Source: Myxococcales bacterium
GTDB taxonomy: Bacteria > Myxococcota_A > UBA9042 > JABWCM01 > BTVJ01
Direction of reading: 5' to 3'
Assembly: GCA_045863395.1 (NCBI GenBank)
Contig: BTVJ01000005.1
Location: 73,467 to 137,466 of the forward strand
DNA length: 64,000 bases
A model generated the notes under the pieces. The model saw only the letters and a program-made list of their open reading frames with translations. It was not told the DNA's origin and searched no databases. Below, in pieces: positions 1 to 13,653 of this stretch. Both the position numbers and the translations under genes were made by a program. Numbering within the stretch: the first letter of the stretch is position 1; each line of letters begins with the position of its first letter.

Positions 1-1005
1 CGTCTGGTCCGTCCCTCCCTCAGCGCGTCCGAAGAGCGTCTGGACCTCCGTCTCCGTCAGGGCCGGGGCTCCGAGCTCCGTCTCGGGAAAGAGCTCGTCG
101 AGCCACTCCACGAGGCGCAAGCGGCCCTGCTCCACGCTCCCTCCCGCATGGGGAGCAAGCGCCGCGGCGAGCTCCCCGGCATCGTGAAACCGATCCTCGC
201 GCTGCAAGCTCAGCGCTCGGTGAACCGCGGCCACCAACCCAGGCGCCAGGTCCGGCCGTCGCTCACCCAGGGGAGGGATCTCGCAGCGGCGGATCGCCGC
301 CATCGCCTCCACGGGGTTGTCGGCGCGGAACAGACGCTCCCCTGCGAGCAGCTCCCAGAGGATGATCCCGAGCGCGAACTGGTCGGCTCGCCCGTCCAGC
401 GGCTGGCTCGCCACCTGCTCGGGCGCCATGTACGACGCCTTGCCCTTGACCACCCCGACCCGGGTGTGAGAGGAGCGGCCGGCGACCTTCGCGATGCCGA
501 AGTCGATGATCTTCACGTCCCCGGCGTAGGAGACCATGACGTTCTGCGGGCTGATGTCGCGGTGCACGATCCGGAGTGGCAGGCCGGTCTGCTCGTCCGT
601 CAGGGTCCAGGCGTAGTGGAGCCCCTCCGCCACGAGCGCCCCGATGAAGGCCACGCAACAGGCTGGCGAACTGACGCCCCGCTGCTTGAGTCGCTTGCGG
701 ATGGCGAGCAGGTCGACCCCGTAGATGTACTCCATCGTGATGTAGTAGGACTCGAAGGTCTTGCCGAGCTCGTAGATGCTGCAGATGTTCGGGTGGTGGA
801 GCTGCGCGGCCAGGCGCGCCTCATCGATGAACGCCTGCAGGAGCGAGTGATCTTCGGCGATGGACGGTAGGATCCGCTTGAGCGCGACCTCCTTCTCAAA
901 GCCGCTCGGCCCGTAGGACTTGGCCTGGAACACCTCGGCCATGCCGCCGATGCTCACACGGCGGACGAGCTGGTAGCGACCAAACCATTCAGGCTGGGGC
1001 GACAC
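1..1005 (-). CDS. Ser/Thr protein kinase, myxobacterial Pkn type (3' end runs off window)
   Basis: Manual translation from GTG at 1005: MSPQPEWFGRYQLVRRVSIGGMAEVFQAKSYGPSGFEKEVALKRIL..., with HRDISPQN, DFG and GKASYMAPE motifs. Not in the ORF track because it is truncated. Confidence 0.9.
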   Translation of the reverse strand, partial: MSPQPEWFGRYQLVRRVSIGGMAEVFQAKSYGPSGFEKEVALKRILPSIAEDHSLLQAFIDEARLAAQLHHPNICSIYELGKTFESYYITMEYIYGVDLLAIRKRLKQRGVSSPACCVAFIGALVAEGLHYAWTLTDEQTGLPLRIVHRDISPQNVMVSYAGDVKIIDFGIAKVAGRSSHTRVGVVKGKASYMAPEQVASQPLDGRADQFALGIILWELLAGERLFRADNPVEAMAAIRRCEIPPLGERRPDLAPGLVAAVHRALSLQREDRFHDAGELAAALAPHAGGSVEQGRLRLVEWLDELFPETELGAPALTETEVQTLFGRAEGGTDQT

Positions 1006-1008
1006 GGC

Positions 1009-2064
1009 CTAGAACGTGTCCCCGAGCTTCTCCAGGAGCTTCCGCTGCTCTCGCGTCAGGTCCCGGGGAATGACGACCCGGAGGTGGACGAAGTGATCGC
1101 CCTTGCCGAAGGACTGCAAGCGGGGGATCCCCTTTCCTTTCAACTTGATGACCTCCCCGGGCTGGGTCCCGGCCGGGACCTTGAGCGTCTCGTCACCCCA
1201 CAGCGTGGGGACCTGAACCTTCGCGCCGAGCGCCGCCTGGACGACCGTGAGCATCACCTCGCTGTGCACGTCGTAGTCGTCGCGCTCGAAGATCGGGTGG
1301 GGCTCCACGGTGAGGAACACGTACAGGTCGCCGCCGTGGCCTCCCTTTTCTCCGGGCTCCCCTTCGCCGGCAAGCCGGATGCGCGTCCCGGTGTTCACGC
1401 CAGCGGGGACCTTGACGGAGATGCGGCGCTCGACGCGCTCCCTCCCGGAGCCTTGGCACTTCCCGCACTGCTCGCGGATCACCGTCCCCCGCCCGCGGCA
1501 GACCGGGCAGGTGGTACTGATCATGAAGTGGCCCTGGCTTCGCACTACCTGCCCACGCCCGCCGCAGGATGCGCAGGTCTCGGGGGTGGTGCCGACGGCC
1601 GCCCCGCTGCCGGCGCAGTGAACGCACCGCTCGTAGCGAGCAATGGGGATCTCCCTCTTGCACCCGTTGGCGGCCTCTTCAAAGGTGATGGACAGATCGA
1701 ACCGCAGGTCGGCGCCGCGGCGTGGCCCGGACCGGGCTCGCTGCCCACCGCCGCCCCCGAAGCCGAACATATCGCCGAAGACGTCCCCGAAGTGGCTGAA
1801 GATGTCCTCGAAGCCTCGGAAGCCCTGAAAGCCCTGGCCTCGGAGCCCATCGTGGCCGTACTGGTCGTAGACGGCGCGCTTCTCCCGGTCGGACAGGACC
1901 TCGTAGGCCTCGGCCGCCGCCTTGAAGAGCTCCTCCGCCTCCGGGTTGTCCGGGTTCCTGTCCGGGTGGTACTTGAACGCCATGCTGCGATAGGCCTTCT
2001 TCACCTCGTCGTCGCCCGCACTGCGGCCAATCCCAAGCACCTCGTAGTAGTCGCGCTTCACCAT
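1009..2064 (-). CDS. dnaJ: Molecular chaperone DnaJ
   Basis: J-domain with HPD, G/F-rich region, four CxxCxGxG repeats and C-terminal domain. Confidence 0.95.
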   Translation of the reverse strand: MVKRDYYEVLGIGRSAGDDEVKKAYRSMAFKYHPDRNPDNPEAEELFKAAAEAYEVLSDREKRAVYDQYGHDGLRGQGFQGFRGFEDIFSHFGDVFGDMFGFGGGGGQRARSGPRRGADLRFDLSITFEEAANGCKREIPIARYERCVHCAGSGAAVGTTPETCASCGGRGQVVRSQGHFMISTTCPVCRGRGTVIREQCGKCQGSGRERVERRISVKVPAGVNTGTRIRLAGEGEPGEKGGHGGDLYVFLTVEPHPIFERDDYDVHSEVMLTVVQAALGAKVQVPTLWGDETLKVPAGTQPGEVIKLKGKGIPRLQSFGKGDHFVHLRVVIPRDLTREQRKLLEKLGDTF

Positions 2065-2200
2065 GGCCTCCCGCGGCCCGTCGGGGCCCCGGCCGCCGGG
2101 GGCCGGGGGCTGGTCGAAAAGTCCAGCAGAAGTAACGGCGACACCCCCGTCCCGTCAAGCAGCCGTTTCGTTGGCTCACTCCGTGGAGGACGCGTCGCAG

Positions 2201-2229
2201 GTGACGCGCCCCATCGACCCCGCTAGAAT
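2201..2229 (+). promoter_or_regulatory. Putative sigma70 promoter of the EF-G paralog
   Basis: GTGACG-N17-TAGAAT, 30 nt upstream of the ATG. Confidence 0.5.
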
Positions 2230-2258
2230 GGGCGGCCGTCTTACGCCGGAGGAGAGGC

Positions 2259-4313
<2,055 letters not shown>

Positions 4314-4330
4314 GGCCGGTCCGACAGGAG

Positions 4331-4717
4331 CTAGGGCGCTTCGACGCCGTCCGACGTGACGACGATGCTAGCCTCGGCTGAACCATAGACGAACTCGAAC
4401 AGCTCGTTGAAGTCCCAGTGGGCCATCCCGAAGAAGCGGATTGCCACTCCGGCCTCAGCCCCCGTCTCGCGGGCCTCCACCGGGCCGACGATTCGAACTA
4501 CTTCACCGTTGAGGACCATCTCGTAGTCGCCCGACGGCGAGGGGAACCGGACGGTCACGGTCTCGCCGAGCCGGTAGCGCTTGCGGGTCTTGAGGAACAT
4601 CCCCATGGGGTTGAGGTTGACAGCCTCGCACTGGGACTCCCGTCCGTGGATGTACTCCATCACGCGGACCGGGCGCCGAAACAAGCGCCGAATGAACTTC
4701 CGCCTCTCAAAGCCCAT
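4331..4717 (-). CDS. PilZ-domain protein
   Basis: ERRKFIRR (RxxxR), NLNPMGMFL (D/NxSxxG-like) and GVAIRF beta-strand pattern. Confidence 0.8.
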   Translation of the reverse strand: MGFERRKFIRRLFRRPVRVMEYIHGRESQCEAVNLNPMGMFLKTRKRYRLGETVTVRFPSPSGDYEMVLNGEVVRIVGPVEARETGAEAGVAIRFFGMAHWDFNELFEFVYGSAEASIVVTSDGVEAP

Positions 4718-4877
4718 GGTGTGCCTCCATAGTCCTCTGCCGTCTGTCCGCCGCGCCCCGCCAGGCGCATCGCCGACCACGGTGCACCATCGGCATCCTG
4801 AGCGTGGGGCTTGAGCAGAACTTTGATGCCGGAGCCCATTGATGCCGAAGGTCAGCGGCGACGCTCATCGAAGGCGG

Positions 4878-4925
4878 GGAGCGGCGTGCGCGGAGCGGCG
4901 TACGCGGAGCGGCGTGCGCGGAGCG
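4878..4925. repeat. Tandem 14-bp repeat, about 3.4 copies
   Basis: GGAGCGGCGTGCGC GGAGCGGCGTACGC GGAGCGGCGTGCGC GGAGCG, intergenic. Confidence 0.85.
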
Positions 4926-4947
4926 CCCGACAAGGGCACCGAGGTGC

Positions 4948-5301
4948 TCAGGGCACCTCCTCCTCGTCGTCCTCGTCATCGATCTCCGGCTCGTCGCCGA
5001 AGTCCAGATCCTCGTCGAAGTCGAAGTCGTCGTCCTCCCCAGCCGCGACCTCCTCGTCGCGCTCGCCCTCTTCCTCCTCGACGTCGTCGAGCAGGGTGCG
5101 CTGCGGCCGCGCCGGCTTGGGAGCCCTGACCGGCTTGATGGCCAGAGCCTCCATCGCCGAGACGTCGACAAGCGGCGCATCCTTTTGATTTGCGCCGCAC
5201 TTCGGGCACACGGACTCCCCGCGATTCATGTCGTAGAACTTGCAGCTACAGGAGTAGCACGAGTACTTGGTCCCGTAACGGGACAGATCGATTCGGGCCA
5301 T
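4948..5301 (-). CDS. TIGR02300/FYDLN-acid-like Zn-ribbon protein
   Basis: GTKYSCYSCSCKFYDMNR...CPKCG followed by a very acidic tail. Confidence 0.85.
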   Translation of the reverse strand: MARIDLSRYGTKYSCYSCSCKFYDMNRGESVCPKCGANQKDAPLVDVSAMEALAIKPVRAPKPARPQRTLLDDVEEEEGERDEEVAAGEDDDFDFDEDLDFGDEPEIDDEDDEEEVP

Positions 5302-5499
5302 CAGGAATCCTCCCGGTACGGTTCGACGGAGCACCGTCGCACGTGTCGCGCAAGCCTACACCCAGGGTGGCCTGTCGAAAATCCGCGGCAGATTATGTAG
5401 GGGGCATCGTCGTTGTCAAGCCGTGCGACCGGCCGGTGAGCGCCCCCTTGTGCATGGACAACCGGGGCGCTAGGCTTGCGCCTCGCATTGAGGCGGCCC

Positions 5500-6879
5500 A
5501 TGGCATTCGAGCAACAGCACCGTTCACCCCAAGCGAGAGACCCGGGCGCTGACGGGGGCCGCACGCCACCCGCAAGCCTGGAGGCGGAGCGAGCGCTCCT
5601 CGGCGCGCTGCTGCTGGACCCCGGAACCCTGAACACGGTCCTGGAGCACGTGAAGGAGGAGGACTTCTACAGGGAGTCACACCGCCACATCTTCGGCGCC
5701 ATCTGCGCCCTGTTCGAACGGAACGAACCCTTCGACCCCATCGCGCTCTCGGACGAGCTCCGGCGCGCAGGTACATTCGACAGCATCGGCGGCACCGCCT
5801 ACATCTCAGCACTGCTCGATGCCGTCCCCGCCATGAGCTCCATCGAGCACTACGCGCGGATGGTCGCAGAGAAGGCTACGAGCCGGCGTATGATCTGGGC
5901 GGCGAGCGAGATAGTGAGCATCGGCTACGACGCCGAGCTCGCCCCGCGGGACTACCTCGACCGGGCCCAAAAGCTGGTCTTCGAGGTCCTCGACGCTGGC
6001 TCCCGGTCAGAGGCCGTGCCACTGAAGCATGTCCTGAAGGACGCCATCTCCCACATCCAGGCGCTCTACGAGAAGCGCGAGGGGGTCACGGGGCTGACCA
6101 CGGGCTTCGAGAAACTCGACAGCCTGCTTCTTGGCCTCCATCCCACGGACCTGATCATCCTCGCCGCGCGACCTGCCATGGGGAAGACCACGTTCGTTCT
6201 CAACTTGGCCGCGAACGCCGCGCTCCTGGGCAACGCGGCCGTGGTGGTGTTCTCTTTGGAGATGGGCTCAGAGCAGCTCGCGCTGAGGATGCTCTCGTCC
6301 GAGTCCCGCATCGAGCTGGGCAAGCTCCGCAGCGGCTTCCTCTCGGACGCGGACTGGCCACGCCTCGCCAACGCCGCTGCCCGCCTCGCCGAAGCGCGCA
6401 TCTTCATCGACGAGTCCGGTTCACCTACGGTCCTCGACATTCGAGCCAAGACGCGCCGCCTTCGCCTCGAGGGCAAGTGCGACCTCATCGTCATCGACTA
6501 CCTGCAGCTCATGCAGGGGCGGAACAACACCGCCAGCCGCGAGCAAGTGATTAGCGAGATCTCACGTTCGCTGAAGGGCTTGGCCAAGGAGCTGAACGTC
6601 CCGATCATCGCCCTGAGCCAGCTCAACCGAGGCCTCGAACAGCGGACGGACAAGCGCCCGATGATGAGCGACCTCCGGGAATCGGGAGCCATAGAGCAGG
6701 ACGCGGACATCATCGGGTTCATCTATCGCGATGAGGTCTACCACCCCGAGACCGAGGACAAAGGCATCGGGGAGATCATCATCGCAAAGCACCGCAACGG
6801 GCCCACGGGCACCGTGAAGCTCAAGTTCTTCAACACCTTCACACGTTTCGACAATCTGTACGAGGACGTTCCCCGCTGA
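5500..6879 (+). CDS. dnaB: Replicative DNA helicase
   Basis: PPASLEAERALLGALL, ARPAMGKT, IDYLQLM, LSQLNR and DLRESGAIEQDAD. No intein. Confidence 0.97.
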   Translation: MAFEQQHRSPQARDPGADGGRTPPASLEAERALLGALLLDPGTLNTVLEHVKEEDFYRESHRHIFGAICALFERNEPFDPIALSDELRRAGTFDSIGGTAYISALLDAVPAMSSIEHYARMVAEKATSRRMIWAASEIVSIGYDAELAPRDYLDRAQKLVFEVLDAGSRSEAVPLKHVLKDAISHIQALYEKREGVTGLTTGFEKLDSLLLGLHPTDLIILAARPAMGKTTFVLNLAANAALLGNAAVVVFSLEMGSEQLALRMLSSESRIELGKLRSGFLSDADWPRLANAAARLAEARIFIDESGSPTVLDIRAKTRRLRLEGKCDLIVIDYLQLMQGRNNTASREQVISEISRSLKGLAKELNVPIIALSQLNRGLEQRTDKRPMMSDLRESGAIEQDADIIGFIYRDEVYHPETEDKGIGEIIIAKHRNGPTGTVKLKFFNTFTRFDNLYEDVPR

Positions 6880-6960
6880 CGAATTGAGGGCAGGCGGTGG
6901 CGGCCACGTTCGGCGCTCATGGACGGTGGCCACGGCTGCGGAGAGGGATCGAGAGGGCCG

Positions 6961-8124
6961 TCAGGGCAGCCGCACCACGTATGGCATGCGATCCAATACA
7001 CGGTCCACGCGACGCAGGATCTCGCCGGTCTGCTCCACCGTACCTACGCTCATTCGCGCATAGTGCTGGAGCTGCGGGATGGAGCTCCGGTCACGAATGA
7101 ACACTCCCTCATCCTCGAGGAGAGCGCAGAAGCGCTTCGCGTCTGGAACGCGGATCAGCACGTAGTTGGCGGGCGTCACGCGACACTCCACGCCGCGCGC
7201 GTCCAGATGCTCACGGATGAGCTCCTTGGCTGCGGTGACGCTCGCGACGTACCGGTCCAGGTACTCGCGATCCTGCAGAGCCGCCTCTGCCGCGATCTGC
7301 CCCAGCACATTGACGCTCTTCGGGTTGAAGATCCTCTTCAGCGTCTCGATGACCTCAGGGCACGCGACCGCATAGCCGATCCGCAGACCGGCGATCCCGA
7401 AGGACTTTGAGAACGTCCGCGTGACGACGAGGTTCGGGTACCGCTGTGTCAGCACAGCCACCGATACGCCGCAGAACTCGAAGTAAGCCTCATCAACGAT
7501 GACGATCGCGCCGGGGGCAGCCTCAAGGACCCGAGAGACCTGCTCCTCACTGTACCTGATGCCCGTCGGGTTGTTCGGGCTGACCAGGTAGATGAGCTTC
7601 GTGCGGTAGCCCACGCTCTTCAGGATCCCGTCAAGGTTCTGGTGAAAGGGATCCTCGGCATACACACGAAGGATCTGCGCGCCCCGGGCGCCCGCGTACA
7701 CCAGGAAGTGAGTGTACGTGGGCGACGGGACAACCACCTCGTCGCCGTCGTCGAGGTAGGTCCGACAGACCAGGTCGAGCGCGTCGTCCGAACCGTTGGT
7801 CACGAGGAGCGACCCCTCCGGGACGCCGACGTAGGACGCCAACGCCGTGGTCAACCGCTTGCTGTACAGCTCCGGGTACCAGTTCAGGTGGTGCGTGTTG
7901 GACAGGAACCTGCCAATTGCGGCCAGCACCATCGGGGAGGGAGGGATCGTCGACTCGTTCCAATCCAGCTTGTACACATCCCGCACGCAGCCCGAATCGA
8001 TCTTGTCCCGTGACGAGACCGCGTCGTAGGGACGAATTCCGGCCACGTAGCGAGAGGGCAGCGGTGAGCCCGCATCCAGATCGAGGTGCGCTGCAGGGAC
8101 GTTCTCCATGCGAAAGCTCGTCAT
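6961..8124 (-). CDS. PLP-dependent aminotransferase, HisC/CobD-like
   Basis: TNGSDD, SPNNPTG, DEAY and RTFSKSFGIAGLRIGY (PLP lysine). Confidence 0.85.
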   Translation of the reverse strand: MTSFRMENVPAAHLDLDAGSPLPSRYVAGIRPYDAVSSRDKIDSGCVRDVYKLDWNESTIPPSPMVLAAIGRFLSNTHHLNWYPELYSKRLTTALASYVGVPEGSLLVTNGSDDALDLVCRTYLDDGDEVVVPSPTYTHFLVYAGARGAQILRVYAEDPFHQNLDGILKSVGYRTKLIYLVSPNNPTGIRYSEEQVSRVLEAAPGAIVIVDEAYFEFCGVSVAVLTQRYPNLVVTRTFSKSFGIAGLRIGYAVACPEVIETLKRIFNPKSVNVLGQIAAEAALQDREYLDRYVASVTAAKELIREHLDARGVECRVTPANYVLIRVPDAKRFCALLEDEGVFIRDRSSIPQLQHYARMSVGTVEQTGEILRRVDRVLDRMPYVVRLP

Positions 8125-8224
8125 CCAATCCCTCTCGTTCCCACGCCCCCCTTCGGCGGGCGTAATCTTTCATAGGGTCCCCGGGGTGTCAAGGTTGAGC
8201 CCGGGCTCAGTACGCCGCCCCGCT

Positions 8225-8240
8225 TGCAATCTTCAGGCCA
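8225..8240 (-). promoter_or_regulatory. Putative sigma54 -24/-12 site upstream of the aminotransferase
   Basis: TGGCCT-GAAGA-TTGCA on the minus strand. Confidence 0.5.
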
Positions 8241-8349
8241 CGCCCACATCAAGGCTTGACCACCCCCAGCGGCATCGCTCGCGGACGCTCCACCTCCCAA
8301 CCACAGGGGGACGCCGGCGCTCGCCGGAGCCGGGCCACTGAAACAAGCC

Positions 8350-8382
8350 AAAAAAAAAGGACCCGCCACAGGTGGCGGGTCC
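8350..8382 (-). terminator. Rho-independent terminator after the tRNA pair
   Basis: 10-bp stem GGACCCGCCA/TGGCGGGTCC followed by a 9-T run on the minus strand. Confidence 0.9.
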
Positions 8383-8388
8383 TCTTCA

Positions 8389-8463
8389 TGGTAGCCCGTA
8401 CGAGAGTCGAACTCGTGATTCAGCCTTGAGAGGGCCGCGTCCTGACCACTAGACTAACGGGCC
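8389..8463 (-). tRNA. tRNA-Glu(CUC)
   Basis: Cloverleaf GGCCCGT...ACGGGCT-A-CCA, anticodon arm CGGCC-CT-CTC-AA-GGCTG, TTCGA loop. Confidence 0.95.
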
Positions 8464-8501
8464 ACTGAGGTCACACGCTGTGGTCTTTGCGCGCAACCCG
8501 G

Positions 8502-8572
8502 TTCGGGGACTAGGATTCGAACCTAGATTAACGGGGCCAGAACCCGTCGTCCTGCCGTTAGACGATCCCCGA
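8502..8572 (-). tRNA. tRNA-Gln(CUG)
   Basis: TCGGGGA...TCCCCGA-A, anticodon arm ACGGG-TT-CTG-GC-CCCGT, GGTTCGAATCC. CCA not fully encoded. Confidence 0.95.
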
Positions 8573-8667
8573 ATTGTCATCCCCCCAAAACCAGCGGGAA
8601 GAGCTTTTAGCACTTCTCCCGCTGAGGCGCAAGGCGAAAATCACCGTGCACTGCCACTGGAGTACGC

Positions 8668-9111
8668 CTACTCCTCAGTGGATGAGAAGGACTCCTTCGA
8701 GCTGGCCGCGGTAGCTCCCGCCGCCTGCCCTGATCGCGACTTGAACACCGGACGCCCCCCGGGGACGAGCTCGATGATCGACATCGGCGCGTTGTCCCCG
8801 TGGCGCTGACGCACCTTCACGATACGCGTATACCCGCCCGGACGCTCCACGAATCGCGGGCCGATGTCGTCGAAGAGCTTCTTCAACACGTCGGCGCTCT
8901 GCAGCCACTTGGCCGCGTTCCGTCGCGCGTGCAGCGTGCCCTTCTTTCCCTGCGTGATCAGCTTCTCGGCGATGCTTCGAAGCTCCTTGGCCCGGGTGTC
9001 GGTCGTCTCGATGCGCTCGTGCTCGAACAAGGACGTCACCATGTTCCTGAACATGGCATGCCGGTGTGTTGCGGTGCGGCCGAGCTTTCTACCTGAGTTT
9101 CGATGCCTCAT
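8668..9111 (-). CDS. rplQ: 50S ribosomal protein L17
   Basis: [12 protein letters not shown]...RPGGYTRI...R.GDNAPM. Confidence 0.97.
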   Translation of the reverse strand: MRHRNSGRKLGRTATHRHAMFRNMVTSLFEHERIETTDTRAKELRSIAEKLITQGKKGTLHARRNAAKWLQSADVLKKLFDDIGPRFVERPGGYTRIVKVRQRHGDNAPMSIIELVPGGRPVFKSRSGQAAGATAASSKESFSSTEE

Positions 9112-9175
9112 CGTCCCTGCTCCTACGTTCCGTCGTCAGCGCCACCATCGACGCCTCCGACCCCTCGTGCTCGTG

Positions 9176-10174
<999 letters not shown>

Positions 10175-10226
10175 GGATGTCGTTCCTCCGTGGTGCTTTC
10201 GAGGCCGGCGGGATCCGCGCGCGGGA

Positions 10227-10853
10227 CTACTTCGAGTAGAGCTCGACGATGAGCTGCTCGTCGATCGGCATCATGATGTCCTCACGTGCCGGGAGGCTCC
10301 GAACCATCCCCTTGAACGATCCCTTGTCGAGATCCACCCACTGAGGGACCCCACGCCGGTCGACGCTGTCGAGCGACTCCACGATCCTCGCCACGCTGCG
10401 GCTCCGCTCCTTGAGCTCCAGCACGTCTCCAGCCCGGACCAGGATCGAGGGAACATCCGCCCTCCGACCGTTGAGGCGGAAGTGCCCGTGCCGAACGAGC
10501 TGCCGCGCCTCCGACCGGTTGCCGGCAAATCCCATCCGGTAGATGACATTGTCCAGGCGCCGCTCCAGGAGCTGGAGCAGATTCTCGCCCGTGATCCCCT
10601 TCTTGCGCTCGGCCAAGGCGAAGTAACGACGGAACTGCTTCTCCAGCAGCCCGTACATCCTCTTCACCTTCTGCTTCTCACGAAGCTGCTGTCCATACTC
10701 GGAGAGCTTGCTACGACGCTGACCGTGCTGCCCCGGTGCGTACCCTCGGCGCTCAATCGCGCACTTCTCGGTGTAGCAGCGCTCGCCCTTGAGCATGAGC
10801 TTCATGCCCTCTCGACGGCACAAGCGACACACAGGCCCGATGTACCTGGCCAC
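10227..10853 (-). CDS. rpsD: 30S ribosomal protein S4 (Zn-binding type)
   Basis: [22 protein letters not shown] and [10 protein letters not shown]. Confidence 0.98.
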   Translation of the reverse strand: MARYIGPVCRLCRREGMKLMLKGERCYTEKCAIERRGYAPGQHGQRRSKLSEYGQQLREKQKVKRMYGLLEKQFRRYFALAERKKGITGENLLQLLERRLDNVIYRMGFAGNRSEARQLVRHGHFRLNGRRADVPSILVRAGDVLELKERSRSVARIVESLDSVDRRGVPQWVDLDKGSFKGMVRSLPAREDIMMPIDEQLIVELYSK

Positions 10854-10947
10854 GACTTCCTCCTCACTCGCTACGAAGCTACTCCGGCGAAATCACGCCG
10901 ACTCAATCATTACCATCGGACCGCGAAGCGTCCCGCGGATCCCTCGC

Positions 10948-11364
10948 TCAGACGCGCCGGCGCTTCGGCGGGCGGCACCCGTTGTGCGGGATAGGCGTGA
11001 CATCTCGGATCAGAGTCACCTTGAAACCGGCGGACTGCAGCGCTCGCAGGGCGGCCTCTCGACCCGAGCCCGGTCCCTTCACGAACACGGACACGGTGCG
11101 CATCCCATGCTCCTGAGCCTGGCGCGCAGCGTCCTCCGCGGCGACCTGGGCAGCGAAGGGCGTGCTCTTGCGAGACCCCTTGAATCCTCGCTTCCCCGCG
11201 CTCGACCACGAGACGGTGTTCCCGCTCACGTCCGTGATGGTCACGATCGTGTTGTTGAACGTCGATTGGATGTGGGCAACTCCGGTCTGAATGTTCTTCT
11301 TGACCTTCTTCTTGCCCTTGCTCTTTCGCCCGGACGCCGAGCCTGCCGCTGCTGCCTTCGCCAT
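10948..11364 (-). CDS. rpsK: 30S ribosomal protein S11
   Basis: STFNNTIVT and [18 protein letters not shown]. Confidence 0.98.
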   Translation of the reverse strand: MAKAAAAGSASGRKSKGKKKVKKNIQTGVAHIQSTFNNTIVTITDVSGNTVSWSSAGKRGFKGSRKSTPFAAQVAAEDAARQAQEHGMRTVSVFVKGPGSGREAALRALQSAGFKVTLIRDVTPIPHNGCRPPKRRRV

Positions 11365-11433
11365 GATCCGTCTCCGTATCGAGCTGTGCTGTCGAGCCCG
11401 CGGACGAGCCCGCCGGCGACGCCGTAGCTGCGT

Positions 11434-11802
11434 TTACTTCTTCTTCTTGATCGTTGCCCGGCGTGGGCCCTTCCTGGTGCGAGCGTTCGTGTGCGTCCGC
11501 TGGCCTCTCACCGGCAAGCCGCGACGGTGCCGAAGCCCCCTGAAGCAGCCGAGGTCCATCAACCGCTTGATGCTCATGGAGATGTCACGACGGAGGTCAC
11601 CCTCCACCTTGTACTCTTGCTCGATGAGCTGCCGAATCTTGACCGTGTCGCCCTCTGTGAGGTCATCTGAGAGCTGATGCGGGTTCAGGTTGGTCTTCGC
11701 GCAGATCTCCAGCGAGGACTTGCGCCCGATCCCATAGATGTAGGTCAACGCGACCCAGAGCTGCTTTCGGCGGGGAAGGTCCACGCCAGCGATACGTGCC
11801 AT
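11434..11802 (-). CDS. rpsM: 30S ribosomal protein S13
   Basis: [10 protein letters not shown] and [19 protein letters not shown]. Confidence 0.98.
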   Translation of the reverse strand: MARIAGVDLPRRKQLWVALTYIYGIGRKSSLEICAKTNLNPHQLSDDLTEGDTVKIRQLIEQEYKVEGDLRRDISMSIKRLMDLGCFRGLRHRRGLPVRGQRTHTNARTRKGPRRATIKKKK

Positions 11803-11896
11803 GCTTCATCTCCTCCAGAGGGAACCGAGGCTCAATGGGGGGTTTGGATGCCCCGGCCTGGCATGCGGCGCTGAAACACCGCGGCCACAGCTCGCT

Positions 11897-12010
11897 TCAG
11901 CCCTGCCGCTGCTTGTGGCGAGGGTTCTCGCAGATCACGCGCACGATACCCTTTCGCCGCACTACCTTGCACTTCTCACAAATTCTCTTGACCGACGCTC
12001 GCACCTTCAT
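11897..12010 (-). CDS. rpmJ: 50S ribosomal protein L36
   Basis: Manual translation: [37 protein letters not shown]. Confidence 0.97.
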   Translation of the reverse strand: MKVRASVKRICEKCKVVRRKGIVRVICENPRHKQRQG

Positions 12011-12067
12011 CGTTCGTCTCACTCTCGCTTCGACCCTGCTCGCCGCCGGCGGCAGGGTGTCGTTGGC

Positions 12068-12289
12068 TTACCGCGCGATGCGGCGGATGATTCTCGCTCG
12101 ACTGGTGTCGTAGGGCGACACCTCGAGCGCTACCCGATCACCGGGCAGGATCTGCACAAAGTGCAACCTCATCGTGCTCGCCACATGGGCGTATACGCTG
12201 CGACCGTCGTCGAGGTCCACTTTGTACACTCCGCTGGGGAGGGCCTCGACCACCCTCCCCAGTGCCTCACGTCCCAGCTCCGGCGCCAT
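12068..12289 (-). CDS. infA: Translation initiation factor IF-1 (divergent)
   Basis: GRVVEALP...ILPGDRVALEVSPYD, in the syntenic position before rpmJ. Confidence 0.85.
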   Translation of the reverse strand: MAPELGREALGRVVEALPSGVYKVDLDDGRSVYAHVASTMRLHFVQILPGDRVALEVSPYDTSRARIIRRIAR

Positions 12290-12324
12290 GGCTCCACCAC
12301 GCGACCCATAGAAGCAGGGAGGCC

Positions 12325-13653
12325 CTACCCCTTACGACCGCGCACCCGCGGGGCCTTTGCGCCTGCGAACCCCTCGTAGTTCCTTGTGATCAGGTGCGAC
12401 TCGATCTGCTGCACAGTGTCGAGAGCCACACCAACCACAATCAGCAGTCCCGTCCCCCCGAAGAAGAACGGAACTCCGAGCTCCGCCTGCAGAAACGTCG
12501 GCAGCACGCACACCGCACTGATGTACACCGCACCACCAAACGTGATGCGCGTGAGAACCCTGTCGATGTGCTCCGCGGTCTTCTTTCCTGCACGAATGCC
12601 CGGGATGAATCCGCCGTACTTCTTCATGTTGTCGGCCACGTCCACAGGGTTGAACGTCACCGCGGTGTAGAAGTAACAGAAGAAGATGATCAGGGCGACG
12701 TAGATCACGTTGTAAAGCATGTTCCCCGGTATCAACGTGTTCTGAATCCAGATCACGATTGACGAATCCGGCAGGATGTTGCCAAGGGTCGCCGGGAACA
12801 GCAGGATCGACGAGGCAAAGATCGGCGGGATCACACCGGCCGAGTTCACCTTCAGAGGAAGGAACGTGCTCTGCCCGCCGTACTGCCGGCGACCGACAAC
12901 CTTCTTCGCGTACTGCACAGGGATCCGTCGCTGCCCTCGCTCAAAGAAGATGATGACCGCGATGACCGCGAGAATCACCACCCCGATTATCACCAGGGTC
13001 AGCGGAGGAAGCTCACCGCCACCAAACGTGGACAGCCTGAAGGTCTGGACCACGGCGTCCGGTAGCCCTGCGATGATGCCCGCAAAGATGATCAGCGAGA
13101 TGCCGTTTCCGATCCCGCGCTCCGTGATCTGCTCACCGAGCCACATCAGGAACACCGTGCCGGCCGTCAGGCTTATCACGGTGAGCACCTTGAACAGCAG
13201 CCCCCCTTCGACCACGACGCCCTGTGCAACCTGCGAGTTCAAGCTCTCCAGCCAGAACGCGATCCCCATACCCTGCACGAAGGACAGCAGCACAGTTCCG
13301 TATCGAGTGTACTGGTTGATCTTGCGCCGCCCCTGCTCTCCCTCCTTCTGGAGCTGCTCCAGGTGCGGAATCACCACACCCAGGAGCTGCAGGATGATGC
13401 TCGCGCTGATGTACGGCATGATGCCGAGCGCAAACACCGAGAGCTGCTCCACGGCACCGCCGCTGAACATGTTGAAGAGCCCGAGGAATCCGCTCTGGCC
13501 GCTGCGGACGTAGTCGATCATCACGTCCCGGTTTACCCCAGGGACGCTGACGAAAACTCCGATCCGGTAAACGGCGAGCATCGCAAGCGTATACAAGATC
13601 CGCTTGCGAAGCTCGGGAATCTTCCCGATGCCCTCGAAGCTGTTAGCCACCAA
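12325..13653 (-). CDS. secY: Preprotein translocase SecY
   Basis: [31 protein letters not shown] and [11 protein letters not shown]. Confidence 0.98.
   Translation of the reverse strand: MVANSFEGIGKIPELRKRILYTLAMLAVYRIGVFVSVPGVNRDVMIDYVRSGQSGFLGLFNMFSGGAVEQLSVFALGIMPYISASIILQLLGVVIPHLEQLQKEGEQGRRKINQYTRYGTVLLSFVQGMGIAFWLESLNSQVAQGVVVEGGLLFKVLTVISLTAGTVFLMWLGEQITERGIGNGISLIIFAGIIAGLPDAVVQTFRLSTFGGGELPPLTLVIIGVVILAVIAVIIFFERGQRRIPVQYAKKVVGRRQYGGQSTFLPLKVNSAGVIPPIFASSILLFPATLGNILPDSSIVIWIQNTLIPGNMLYNVIYVALIIFFCYFYTAVTFNPVDVADNMKKYGGFIPGIRAGKKTAEHIDRVLTRITFGGAVYISAVCVLPTFLQAELGVPFFFGGTGLLIVVGVALDTVQQIESHLITRNYEGFAGAKAPRVRGRKG

Noticed and set aside
4878-4925. Possible CRISPR array
   Set aside because: The repeats are contiguous with no spacers and there are no cas genes in the window.
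5500-6879. Inteins in dnaB or dnaE
   Set aside because: Both proteins are normal length with uninterrupted motifs.
8389-8572. Prophage or island integration at tRNA genes
   Set aside because: No integrase, no duplicated tRNA 3' end and no compositional shift next to any tRNA.
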